From NCBI GenBank assembly GCA_035545015.1, contig DASZZD010000016.1, positions 13,102-77,101 on the forward strand: DNA of 64,000 nt. Direction: 5' to 3'. A model generated the notes under the pieces. That model made no database searches, was not told the DNA's origin, and worked only from the letters and a program-made list of their open reading frames with translations. Every line of letters begins with the position of its first letter. The first letter of the stretch is position 1. The position numbers and the translations under genes were made by a program. Source of the DNA: Phycisphaerae bacterium. GTDB lineage: Bacteria; Planctomycetota; Phycisphaerae; WQYP01. Positions 1-9,269 of this stretch are shown here, piece after piece.

Positions 1-208
1 GGCCTCGATGGCGGAGGACGGGCTGGGAATTGTGCCGTTCCCCTCGATCGTGGCGCGGGACAAGCAGCGCGAGACCACGTTGCGGCTCGTGGGCAAGACG
101 GATGAAGCGCGCGAGCGTTTTTATGCGGTTTCGCTGACGGAGAAGCAGAACCATCCGGCGGTCGCCGCAATCTGCGCAGCCGCCACACCGCAGTCTCTCT
201 TGAAGTAA
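1..208 (+). CDS. LysR-family regulator, C-terminal part (NhaR-like), truncated by window edge
   Basis: GLGIVPFPSIV...VGKTDEARERFYAVSLTEKQNHPAVAAIC resembles the NhaR/LysR substrate-binding C-terminus. Confidence 0.65.
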   Translation, partial: ASMAEDGLGIVPFPSIVARDKQRETTLRLVGKTDEARERFYAVSLTEKQNHPAVAAICAAATPQSLLK

Positions 209-233
209 CCCGGAATGTCGTGGCATCAAAACC

Positions 234-971
234 TCATCGCCGCCTCCTGCGCAGCAGCGCCAACGCTCCGACGCCCAGCACTCCCAGACTCGCGGGCTCG
301 GGCGCGACGAACTCGACGGTATACACCGGCGAATCCCCGAGGACGCCGTCCGACGCCCCCAGGCCGTTCGTGGCGTTCATATCAAACAACTGAAATGACA
401 CGTCATACGACCCCGCATTGCTGAACGTCCAATGCTGGCCGTGCCAGTGGTTTCCCGTCGGCACGCCATTATCCAGCGGGCCAAAATCCATGGTTCCCGT
501 CACATCCGTTGTCCAGCCGCCAAGCCCGTCGGGAACGACCGAGGCGGTCACCGTCTGGTCCGCGGGATTGCCCACATCTTCCTCGGCATCCTTTGGCGGC
601 GCCGTGATCAGCCACGTCAGGGTCGTCGCGCCTGCCCCGGCGACCGGCGTGATTTCCAGGACGCGCACCCCCACCTCGTGATTCTCGATATCAAAACTCT
701 GCTCGCCATCAAAATTTTCCAGCGTCGTGATCGTTGGCGCACTCACTGCAATTCCGGGCAAATACGCATCGGCCGCCCCGGTTGCTCCGAACGTCTCTGA
801 GTATTTCCTGGTCCCCCCCACCACAGCAAAATTTCCGTCGCTCGGCTCAAACACCAACTGCCCTCCTTGCGCATCGACAAAAAAATGCACATGCGCGGCC
901 CGTACGGAGCCGGTTCCCATCCCCATCGTCATCGCCGCCACCACCCCGCCGATCACCAATTCCATCTTCAT
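234..971 (-). CDS. PEP-CTERM surface protein with His motifs (probable metal binding)
   Basis: Signal peptide from MKMELVIGG; mature N-terminus AHVHF; NHWHGQHWTFSNAGSYDVSF; C-terminal APEPASLGVLGVGALALLRRRRR. Confidence 0.85.
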   Translation of the reverse strand: MKMELVIGGVVAAMTMGMGTGSVRAAHVHFFVDAQGGQLVFEPSDGNFAVVGGTRKYSETFGATGAADAYLPGIAVSAPTITTLENFDGEQSFDIENHEVGVRVLEITPVAGAGATTLTWLITAPPKDAEEDVGNPADQTVTASVVPDGLGGWTTDVTGTMDFGPLDNGVPTGNHWHGQHWTFSNAGSYDVSFQLFDMNATNGLGASDGVLGDSPVYTVEFVAPEPASLGVLGVGALALLRRRRR

Positions 972-1147
972 AAAAACACCTTTCCAAAAAACGCTCAAAA
1001 GACAGTCTGTCTCTGCAACGCAAAAACACTTTCCTCCCCGTCCGCCCCACCAGGCCAACGCCATTTGTGAATATTTGTGCAAATTGGTGGAGGATTCCCG
1101 TCCTTTCGTGTTTGTCATGATTTTCGTGGCCATTTACGCCCGCGAGC

Positions 1148-1774
1148 TTATTGCGCCACCGCCGGATCGAAGAAGCTTATCGCAGGCGAGAACGTCTTCT
1201 GGATATCCGCCCACGATTTCGCTTCCACGTGCCCATCGACGTACAGGTAGTTCGCCGACCCGTGATGGCGTTCGACCGCGATCCCCTCCGCCAGAAAATC
1301 CGCGGGCGTCGCAAAGCCATCCGTGTCCGTCACCACGTGCACGTGATCGGCCCCGGTCGTCGTCTCGACCATGAACACCGTCAGCAGCGGCCGGGGGATT
1401 TGCATCGTCTTCACATAGGGGTGTGGCGGCAGCATGTAATCGTTGGTCGAGTAGCTCGTCGAATTCACCGTGGGATTCAAAAAGCGCGGATCCTCCGGAC
1501 AGGCCCGGGCTTTGGCGTTCAACCCATACGGCAGCAGCGTGTTGAGCCACCCGCTCGTATCCGCCGTGGAATGGCTCGGCCGGGGGAAGAACTGCTGGTT
1601 ATCCTGCTCATAGAGCCAAATCGCGATGCCGATCTGCCGCATGTTGCTCTGGCAGGCCACGGCCTTGGCGCGCTTTTTCGCAAGCGCCAGCGCCGGCAGC
1701 AGAATTGCCATCAACACCGCGATGACCGCAATCACCACGAGCAGCTCGATCAGCGAAAACCCATGCGTCCGCAT
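1148..1774 (-). CDS. Prepilin-type N-methylation / H-X9-DG (DUF1559-type) protein
   Basis: GFSLIELLVVIAVIAVLMAILLPAL, CQSNMRQIG, RHHGSANYLYVDGHVE; extra DHVH motif; GGAG before ATG 1774. Confidence 0.92.
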   Translation of the reverse strand: MRTHGFSLIELLVVIAVIAVLMAILLPALALAKKRAKAVACQSNMRQIGIAIWLYEQDNQQFFPRPSHSTADTSGWLNTLLPYGLNAKARACPEDPRFLNPTVNSTSYSTNDYMLPPHPYVKTMQIPRPLLTVFMVETTTGADHVHVVTDTDGFATPADFLAEGIAVERHHGSANYLYVDGHVEAKSWADIQKTFSPAISFFDPAVAQ

Positions 1775-1847
1775 GGCGTCTCCGATCCGAACGACCATGC
1801 GCGCACGATCGCCCTATATTGTCCGTCAATCTCGAATCACAACCGGA

Positions 1848-2246
1848 TCAGGCCATCGCCGGCGGCGCCCGGCTCCCCACCGGGAGCCCCATCCGCACTC
1901 CATAGACCGCCGCCGCCCCGTCCCGCATGACCACCCAGCCCAACACTCCCGCCCTGGGCACCACGAGCGCGAAGCCCGTCCCCACCGACAAAAATACCGA
2001 CGCATTACAAATCGCGCAATTCCCGGATTTGTCCACCGGGGCCTGCTTGCCACCGGCATTCCCCTGGTCCGCACACCCCGCCCGCATGGCGCACATCGGG
2101 CAAGCGAAAACCCGCTCCACGCCACCCGGAGCCCCCTCGGCCCCGCGCACCAGCGGAATTTCCCCGCGCGTGTGGCCGGGAATCACGATCCCGGTCCACA
2201 AAAACCACAACCCCACCATGAAATATCGAAAGAAAGCCCCGGTCAT
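1848..2246 (-). CDS. DUF2946-like protein (CxxC + C-terminal RAPP; CruR/CutF-like leader)
   Basis: Hydrophobic N-terminus ending PGHT, CPMC and CAIC motifs, ends GSRAPPAMA. Confidence 0.7.
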   Translation of the reverse strand: MTGAFFRYFMVGLWFLWTGIVIPGHTRGEIPLVRGAEGAPGGVERVFACPMCAMRAGCADQGNAGGKQAPVDKSGNCAICNASVFLSVGTGFALVVPRAGVLGWVVMRDGAAAVYGVRMGLPVGSRAPPAMA

Positions 2247-2304
2247 TCCGCCACTCTAGCAACCCGCCGCCCTCCCGCAAGGTCCTTCGGTCTTGTGCCG
2301 GGGA

Positions 2305-2934
2305 CTACTCTAGGACGCCCATCTGGACGAGCATCCACTCCTGCCTCACCGTCAGCAACTGCGTCAAGGCCGCGCGCGCTTGCGCGAGCTTGGCTTCCGC
2401 CTCCGCGCGCTCCTGGCGCTGCTGCTCCAACTGGGCCTCCAGATCGGCGCTGGTCGCCTGGGGAACCTCCACCTTGTCCGCGGAGGAGCGTTTTTCGAGC
2501 GCATCGACGGCCCGGCGGCAACTCAGGACATCGGCCACCAGCGGCTTGAGCACCTGCCATTCCTCGGCGGTCGATCCGATGGCCTTTCCGATGCGGTCGA
2601 CGTCTGACAGGCGCGTGATCACCTGGATGGCGGTGCCATCGGCGGTCACCTTGCCCTTGATAGGCTCGCCGACGCGCACGGTGTCGGCAAAGGTGGCCGG
2701 GGCGCCGTCGAGCAAATACTGGGTCGCGGGCGCCGTTCTGATGGTCACTTCGTCGCCGCTTTTGACGCTGATGGTGAAGTACATGCCGTCGGGGCTTGCC
2801 GCGACGACGGTTCCGCGAAATGAGGCCGGCTGGATTTCCTGCCCGAGGGCCAGTTGCCCGATTCCGCCGGCCGCCACCAGAGCCGCACTGATCAGGCACC
2901 CGCGCCACAACCCATCATGTCTCGCTCCCATCAT
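2305..2934 (-). CDS. Secreted hypothetical protein (OB-fold-like N-domain + helical C-domain)
   Basis: Signal peptide, FRGTVVAAS...GKVTADG beta segment, coiled-coil tail LTVRQEWMLVQMGVLE. Confidence 0.6.
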   Translation of the reverse strand: MMGARHDGLWRGCLISAALVAAGGIGQLALGQEIQPASFRGTVVAASPDGMYFTISVKSGDEVTIRTAPATQYLLDGAPATFADTVRVGEPIKGKVTADGTAIQVITRLSDVDRIGKAIGSTAEEWQVLKPLVADVLSCRRAVDALEKRSSADKVEVPQATSADLEAQLEQQRQERAEAEAKLAQARAALTQLLTVRQEWMLVQMGVLE

Positions 2935-3070
2935 GGCGAAAACCCCATACTGCGCAATGCAAAGTAAGTTTAACGCCCGGCATGGCCCCGTTATTCCCGC
3001 AAAAGCACGAAGGCCCGATGTGCGGTTGTGCGCGACATCGGGCCTTCACAGTGCTGGCCAACTTTGCCGG

Positions 3071-3427
3071 TTAGCGGGATTCCTGCATCTGGCCCGCGGC
3101 CGCTTCTTCACCCGCGCGGGACATCATATCGCCGTTGGATGCCCCCTCCGCGCCCATCTCCGAGCCGTTGCGGGCCCGGTTTTGCGCCCGGGCCAGGCCG
3201 CCCTTGCGGCCGGCGACGCGGGCTTCTTCGGGGGTGAATTCATGCGCTGTGCCCCGCTCGTGGCCTCTTTTGGCGGCCATGGACGCTTCGTTCGAGCTGA
3301 ACTCGTGCGCCGTTCCCTTTTCGTGCGCCGCACGCCCGCCCTTGCTGGCAATCATTCGCTGTTTTTCCTTGTCCATCGAGGCGAAGCCCCGAAGGCTCCG
3401 GGCGGAGGTTCGTTCTGCGTTTTCCAT
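3071..3427 (-). CDS. KGG-repeat general stress protein
   Basis: RGFASMDKEKQRMIASKGG, repeated AHEF, AGRKGG; GGAG before ATG 3427. Confidence 0.9.
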   Translation of the reverse strand: MENAERTSARSLRGFASMDKEKQRMIASKGGRAAHEKGTAHEFSSNEASMAAKRGHERGTAHEFTPEEARVAGRKGGLARAQNRARNGSEMGAEGASNGDMMSRAGEEAAAGQMQESR

Positions 3428-3864
3428 CACCAAACTCCTGTTAGGTTCCCGACCAGTACCGGGACGCCCCATCCCTGCAACCATGGCCGTAAAAAAGGCA
3501 CAACAAAGGACGTGCCGAGGTCCTGCGGCGGCCCGGGTATTCCCCCGCTTTTTCACGGCACAACGCCCGTCCCCCCACGCCGTTGCTCACCAGAGCCATC
3601 GGAGCCTTGGAATTCGCTGAAGTTTCCTGTCTTTGCCCCCCCACCGATGCGACAATTCTCCAGAATCACATACGGCAAGATTGACGCGTTCGCGGAAAAA
3701 TTGTCGCGTTGTGCTTGCCGCTGAGTTCCAACCGACACCCCCCCGCGCCCGCCTTTTTCATGCCCTTACGCGGCCTTGGACGCACGCAAAAACAGCCAGA
3801 CCCGCCCGGTTCTCGCGAACCCGGCGGGCCTGCCTTGGCCTTGCGGCCCTGGAGGAACGCTCCA

Positions 3865-5460
3865 TCAGTCTTTCTTGGCGAACACCAGGCGTTCGGTGCC
3901 GTCGCTGGTCCGCACGATCATCCGCACGCCTTTGCTCAACGGGTTCCTGGCCAATGCGTCCTTGAGCTCCTGCGGGGTATTCACATCCTGGCGACCGACC
4001 CGGGTGATCACATCACCCGCATTCAGGCCCAGATTCGCCGCTTCGCTGTTCGGCGCCACCGACGTGATGATCACGCCCTGGCCGGCCTCGAGCCCGTACT
4101 GGCGTGCCTTGCCTTCCTGGAGGCCTTGGACGGTGACGCCCAGGTCGGAGGATTCGGCCTTGCTGGGACCGTTCGCCGAGGCCAACTGGGTTGCATCCCG
4201 GCCGGCGGGCTGGGTGCCGACGGGGAAGGTCACTTTGGTGGTCTTTCCGTCGCGGAAGAGTTCGAGGGTGACATCGGTGCCGGGCTTGGTGCGGGCGATC
4301 TGGTTGCGAAGGGTGTTGACGGTATCCACGGGCTTGCCGTCGAGCTGGGTGATGACATCGCCGGCGCGGAGGCCGCCTTTGCCGCCGGGGCTATCGGCGC
4401 TGATGCCGGCCACCAGCACGCCATTGTTGTCCTTGAACCCGGCGTCCCGGATGCTCTGGACGAGATCCTTGTCCTGCGGCGAGGGGTGGTTGATGTCTTC
4501 AATGAGCACGCCCAGGTATCCGCGCACGACCTTGCCGTTTTTGATGAGCGATTCCATGATGTACTTGGCTTCGTTGGAGGGGATCGAGAACCCGATGCCG
4601 TTGTAGGCGCCGGTGTTCGAGGCGATCGCCGCGTTGATCCCGATGACTTCGCCCTTGAGGTTGACGAGCGGTCCGCCGGAGTTTCCGGGGTTGATGGCCG
4701 CGTCGGTCTGGAGGAAGTCCTCGTAGGTGTAACCCGTGAGGTTGGGATCATGCTCTTCAATAATGGGCACATTGCGGCCCTTGGCGGAGATGATGCCCTG
4801 GGTCATGGTCTGCTCGAAATTGAACGGCGAGCCAAAGGCGAGCACCCAGTCGCCGACCTGCATCGCGTCGGAATCCCCGAACTTCGCGTAGGTGAGGTGG
4901 TCGGCGTCAATCTTCACCACCGCCAGATCCGTCTTGGGATCGGTGCCGATCACCTTGGCCTTGAACGTCCGGCCGTCATCGAGCCGCACGTTGATGGTGT
5001 CGGCTCCCTCGACCACGTGATTGTTCGTGAGGATGTACCCCTCCGCGTTGACGATGACGCCGGAGCCCGTTCCCTGGATCATCTCCTGGGGGCGCTGCTG
5101 GGCCTGGCCGCCGTCATCATCGCCGTTGTCGGGCTGGAAGCCCGGCGGCAGCATCTGGCGGAATTCCTTGGGCAGATTGTTCATGTCGATGCCCCCCATT
5201 TCGGCGCCGGAGACCTTCTTGGTGATGTCGATGTTCACCACGGCGTCTTTCATCGAGTTATGCACGGCGCGGAACGCGCGTGACAAATCCGAGGCGGGCG
5301 CGACGGCCTCGGGCTGAGGCTGTTCCGTCGGCTTGGCGGTCTGCGACTGCCCCTGGGCAAACACATGCGAGCCGTTGAGCGTCAGCGTGCCGAAATAGGA
5401 GCCCGTGGCGACGGCCATCGCCGCCACTACGGACCAGAGCATTTTTGGATGAGCCTTCAT
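3865..5460 (-). CDS. Do/DegP (HtrA) serine endoprotease with two PDZ domains
   Basis: TNNHVV, DLAVVK, QTDAAINPGNSGGPL catalytic motifs; two PDZ repeats. Confidence 0.95.
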   Translation of the reverse strand: MKAHPKMLWSVVAAMAVATGSYFGTLTLNGSHVFAQGQSQTAKPTEQPQPEAVAPASDLSRAFRAVHNSMKDAVVNIDITKKVSGAEMGGIDMNNLPKEFRQMLPPGFQPDNGDDDGGQAQQRPQEMIQGTGSGVIVNAEGYILTNNHVVEGADTINVRLDDGRTFKAKVIGTDPKTDLAVVKIDADHLTYAKFGDSDAMQVGDWVLAFGSPFNFEQTMTQGIISAKGRNVPIIEEHDPNLTGYTYEDFLQTDAAINPGNSGGPLVNLKGEVIGINAAIASNTGAYNGIGFSIPSNEAKYIMESLIKNGKVVRGYLGVLIEDINHPSPQDKDLVQSIRDAGFKDNNGVLVAGISADSPGGKGGLRAGDVITQLDGKPVDTVNTLRNQIARTKPGTDVTLELFRDGKTTKVTFPVGTQPAGRDATQLASANGPSKAESSDLGVTVQGLQEGKARQYGLEAGQGVIITSVAPNSEAANLGLNAGDVITRVGRQDVNTPQELKDALARNPLSKGVRMIVRTSDGTERLVFAKKD

Positions 5461-5603
5461 AACAACATTCCTCCAGATCAATCAGCCGTACAGGCAAAGG
5501 TCAACAAGCAAGACATCCTTACGACGCATGCTCGCGCGCATATCTAACGCCAGACCGGGAGGTTTTTCCGAGCTTTTGCAAAATATCCCGCCGCCGCGCC
5601 GCT

Positions 5604-6470
5604 CTACCGCTTCATGTGATACTGATGCCGGGGCGCGGGATACCGCCGTTCCCGCACGGCCGCCCGATAACCGGCCGCCGCCGCGGCAATAACCGCCGGG
5701 GCATCCCCCATGGCTTCGGCAAAGCGCGGCGGATGCGCGTTGAACCCCAGCAGGTCGTGCGTCACCACGACATGCCCATCGGCCGCCGGACCCGCCCCGC
5801 AGCCCAGCACGGGCACGCTCGTGCGTTTCTGAACCTCAGCGGTCACTTCGTTGGGGACGGCTTCGATCAGGAGCAACTGCGCCCCCGCATCCGCGAGCGC
5901 CACCGCATCTCCCACCAGCCGCGCCGCCTCCTCCGCCGTGCGTCCCTGGGCTTTGAATCCCCCCTGAAGCGCGGCCCGCTGTGGAAGCAGCCCGACGTGG
6001 GCGCACACCACGACGCCCGCGGCGGCGAGTCCCGCCACAATCGCCGCATGCCGCGCGTCGGCTTCCAGCTTGATGGCGTCCGCCTCCGCTTCGCGCACGA
6101 AGCGCGCCGCGTTGGCCACGGCGGTCGGCACGTCGGGATAGGAGCCAAACGGCATGTCCGCCATCAAAAACACGCTCGGGGCGCCCCGCCGCACGGCGTC
6201 CGTGATGGTGAGCAAAAACTCGAGCGTCACCCGGGTGGTCGAGTCATAGCCCAGCACCGTCGTCGCGACCGAATCCCCGACCAGCAGAATCTCGATCCCG
6301 GCCTCCGCCAGCAGCCGCGCCGTGGGATAGTCGTACGCCGTCAACATCGAGATCGCCTCCCCCCGCCGCTTCATCTCCCGCAGGGTTTGGAGCGTGATGC
6401 GCTCCCCGGGGGCCCCGCGCCCCGCCCCGGCGCCCGCCGCGGCCGAAACATCCAACGGAGTCGTGCTCAT
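5604..6470 (-). CDS. panB: 3-methyl-2-oxobutanoate hydroxymethyltransferase
   Basis: MLTAYDYPTA, LLVGDS, ADMPFGSY, HVGLLPQ, GCGAG. Confidence 0.95.
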   Translation of the reverse strand: MSTTPLDVSAAAGAGAGRGAPGERITLQTLREMKRRGEAISMLTAYDYPTARLLAEAGIEILLVGDSVATTVLGYDSTTRVTLEFLLTITDAVRRGAPSVFLMADMPFGSYPDVPTAVANAARFVREAEADAIKLEADARHAAIVAGLAAAGVVVCAHVGLLPQRAALQGGFKAQGRTAEEAARLVGDAVALADAGAQLLLIEAVPNEVTAEVQKRTSVPVLGCGAGPAADGHVVVTHDLLGFNAHPPRFAEAMGDAPAVIAAAAAGYRAAVRERRYPAPRHQYHMKR

Positions 6471-6574
6471 AACGCCGAATCACCCCATAAGAATCCCCGC
6501 ACGCGGCTTGGGCGTTTTTCGCGGCCATTTACGGTTTTTGAGCCGCCGGGATGTTTTTATTGTAGCGTGCCCGC

Positions 6575-6838
6575 TCACTCTTCGCCGAAGCGCGAATTCA
6601 CCAGCCGCTCGAGCGCGTCGAGCGCGGCGCCGGCATCCTGTCCCTCGGCCACGATCTTCAGCGCCGTGCCCTCGGTCGCCGCCAGCATCATCATCTGCAT
6701 GATGGATTTGCCATCGACCGCCTGGTCGCCCTTCCACACCTTGATGGCCGACTGATACTGGTTCGCCACGTCCACGAACTGCATCGCCGGCCGCGCGTGC
6801 AACCCAAGGGAATTCTGGATAGTGACCTGTCGATCCAT
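6575..6838 (-). CDS. ptsH: HPr family phosphocarrier protein
   Basis: GLHARPA (phospho-His) and DGKSIM (regulatory Ser). Confidence 0.92.
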   Translation of the reverse strand: MDRQVTIQNSLGLHARPAMQFVDVANQYQSAIKVWKGDQAVDGKSIMQMMMLAATEGTALKIVAEGQDAGAALDALERLVNSRFGEE

Positions 6839-6896
6839 ACGACTCTTTGTAAAAATCGGTGATGACTGACTCAGGGCGAGAGCCCGGCCCGCAGTC

Positions 6897-7373
6897 TCAG
6901 CGCGCGGCCCCCGCCTGGTCCGCCTCATCCAGCAAATCGACGATCTTCTGCCGCGTGTCCGCCTGCCGCAGGAAGCGCCGGAAGGTATCCTCCTGAAGGT
7001 TCCGGAAGATATTCTCCATGGCCTGCAAATGCCCGTCGGGATTGTTTGGCGGCGAGAGCAGCAGAAACACGCTGTACACCGGCGCCTGGTCCAATGCCGC
7101 GAAATCAATGCCCACCGTCGATCGCCCGATCGCCCCCACGCGTTTTTTGATCGCCGGATGCTTCACGTGCGGCACCGCCACCCCTTTCCCGAAGCCGGTC
7201 GAGCCGGTCCGCTCGCGATCGATGATGGCCTTCACCACCGCGTCCACATCGCCGGGCGCAATCGCCTTGGCCGCTCCCAGGGCCGCCACCAGCTCGCGCA
7301 CGACCGCGTCGCGCGTCGTGCCCTTGAGTTCCGGAATGATCGCTTCCTTGACGATGAAGTCGGCAAGTTTCAT
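6897..7373 (-). CDS. ptsN: PTS IIA (Ntr/fructose-type) component
   Basis: DRERTGSTGFGKGVAVPH, IDFAALD; located between hpf and HPr. Confidence 0.85.
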   Translation of the reverse strand: MKLADFIVKEAIIPELKGTTRDAVVRELVAALGAAKAIAPGDVDAVVKAIIDRERTGSTGFGKGVAVPHVKHPAIKKRVGAIGRSTVGIDFAALDQAPVYSVFLLLSPPNNPDGHLQAMENIFRNLQEDTFRRFLRQADTRQKIVDLLDEADQAGAAR

Positions 7374-7418
7374 GGAATCCTCTGTATGCGTCTCTCTTCC
7401 CGCCGCCCCCCGCTCGGC

Positions 7419-7730
7419 TCACGCGTTGTTCGGATGCTTCCGGTTCCGGAATTTTTCCTTGTGCGCCGTGAGCTGCTGCTGAATCTTATGCGTCGCCTGG
7501 TCGATGCACCCGTACAAATCCTCCCCCTCATGGTGCGCCACGAACATGTTGCGATGCTCCGCGTTCACGACGACCTCCGCCCGCTTCTGCTTCGCTTCAT
7601 GGCCGTCCAGGATGATCTCGATTTCTTTGATCAGGTCGTAGTATTTGGTCAATTTGCCGGCCTTTTCCTCCGCATGCGCGCGGATCGCCGCCGTTATCTC
7701 CAAATGCCGCCCGGTCACAATGATGTTCAC
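7419..7730 (-). CDS. raiA: Ribosome hibernation factor HPF/RaiA
   Basis: NIIVTGRHLEITAAIRAHAEEK...DLYGCIDQATHKIQQQLTAHKEK; GTG start after GAGGAG. Confidence 0.9.
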   Translation of the reverse strand: MNIIVTGRHLEITAAIRAHAEEKAGKLTKYYDLIKEIEIILDGHEAKQKRAEVVVNAEHRNMFVAHHEGEDLYGCIDQATHKIQQQLTAHKEKFRNRKHPNNA

Positions 7731-7961
7731 AGGGAACTCCTCCGCAACTCCCGCGCCACCCACGAGCACAGCGATCGGAACACACACATCCTCACACACG
7801 CCGCCGCAGCTAAAGGTAGCCGTCACTTCCAAGGTCGTCAACTAACAGCAGAACTCCGGGCCGCGTCCGGCCTTCCGTGGGGCCGCTTTCTTCTTTCGGG
7901 TTATCGGCGGCACCTGCTTTGCGCCCGGCGCATGGCGTCAACCCCGCGCCGGAGTCCCGCC

Positions 7962-8399
7962 ATGAAACACAAACTGCTCAACGCCGCCGCCGGCACCCGC
8001 TCCTTCGCGCTGGTCTTCGACACCGGCGACGAAGTCCTCGCCGGACTCCGCGAGTTCGCCGATTCCCGCAATCTCGCCGCCGCCCATTTCTCCGCCATCG
8101 GCGCTTTCCAGGACGTCATCCTCGGATGGTTCGACTGGGACCGGCGCGACTACCAACGCATCCCTCTTCGCGAACAGGTCGAAGTCCTCTCCCTCCTCGG
8201 CGACGTTACCCTCAACGACAACAAACGCACCGTCCACGCGCACGTCGTCGTGGGAACCAGCTCCGCCCAGGCCCGCGGCGGGCACCTTCTGGAAGCGCAC
8301 GTCCGCCCCACGCTTGAACTGTTCCTCCAGGAAGACCCATCCCACCTCCGCCGAACCTTCGACCCCCAGGCCCAAATCCCCCTCATCTCCCTCCAATAA
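7962..8399 (+). CDS. PPC/DUF296 domain protein
   Basis: FSAIGAF, EVLSLLGDV, HAHVVVG, RGGHLLEA. Confidence 0.9.
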   Translation: MKHKLLNAAAGTRSFALVFDTGDEVLAGLREFADSRNLAAAHFSAIGAFQDVILGWFDWDRRDYQRIPLREQVEVLSLLGDVTLNDNKRTVHAHVVVGTSSAQARGGHLLEAHVRPTLELFLQEDPSHLRRTFDPQAQIPLISLQ

Positions 8400-8432
8400 C
8401 GCCCGCCAGTATCTCTGGCACGCGCGCCCCCC

Positions 8433-8474
8433 GTTTCGTGTTTCGTGTTTCACGTTTCGTGTTTCGTATTTCGC
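8433..8474. repeat. Heptamer tandem repeat (GTTTCGT)x6
   Basis: gtttcgt gtttcgt gtttcac gtttcgt gtttcgt atttcgc between convergent genes. Confidence 0.85.
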
Positions 8475-8481
8475 GTTCCCC

Positions 8482-9180
8482 TCACCCCCCCATCCCGCGG
8501 CGCGCCAAGAACAAATTGTCATGCCCCGGCACCACCAGGTCCGCCACCTCGTACATCTCCACCAGCGATTCTTTCGCCGCCTTGACATCAAAACAATCCG
8601 CAAACACCTGGCCCGCGAAAAAATGCCCCGCCGTCGGCACCGCGTCCCCGGCAATGATCGTCGTGCTCGTCGCCTCTGAAATCAAAAGCCCGCACTGCCC
8701 CGCCGTGTACCCCGGCAGCGGATACAAATCCACGCCCGCGCCAAGCTCCTCCGGCGCCGCCTCCACGCGCGCCAGGAGCGCCCGCTCCTGCTCGATGAGC
8801 CGCTCCGCCTCCGGGCCCTGCCGGGCCGCGGCCTCCTCCGCGGCATCCAGCGCCTCCCGCGCCGCCTCGATCTCCCGCTCGTGCATCCACCAGGTCGCTC
8901 GTCCAAACGCCTCCAGCCCGCGCCGATGCACTGGCCGCCAGTTCGTCAAAAAAATGTGCGTGATCGCTTCGGGCTTCATCCCCGCCCGCTCATCCAGGCG
9001 CCCGGCCAACACCTGCCCCGGCAACGACGGATCCACCAGCAACGCCCGCCCCGCACGGTCCCCCTCCGCGGCCGTCGTCCGCACCAGCGTCGTGGTGGCA
9101 TGACTCGCCCGCACCGGCGTGCGCTCCGCCCACAACGGATTCTTCGAAAGCGCCCCAATGCTGACAACAATGACGTCCAT
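8482..9180 (-). CDS. MBL-fold protein with degenerate metal motifs
   Basis: LLVDP, ITHIFLTNWRPVH, PGYTAGQ, IAGDA, VPGHD. Confidence 0.8.
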   Translation of the reverse strand: MDVIVVSIGALSKNPLWAERTPVRASHATTTLVRTTAAEGDRAGRALLVDPSLPGQVLAGRLDERAGMKPEAITHIFLTNWRPVHRRGLEAFGRATWWMHEREIEAAREALDAAEEAAARQGPEAERLIEQERALLARVEAAPEELGAGVDLYPLPGYTAGQCGLLISEATSTTIIAGDAVPTAGHFFAGQVFADCFDVKAAKESLVEMYEVADLVVPGHDNLFLARRGMGG

Positions 9181-9269
9181 GGAGAATCGGGAATCCAGAA
9201 TCGAGAAGACAGGAGGAAGTCGTCAGGAGGCAGTACGCATAAGACGGGATTACGCCGCCGGGTACATGA

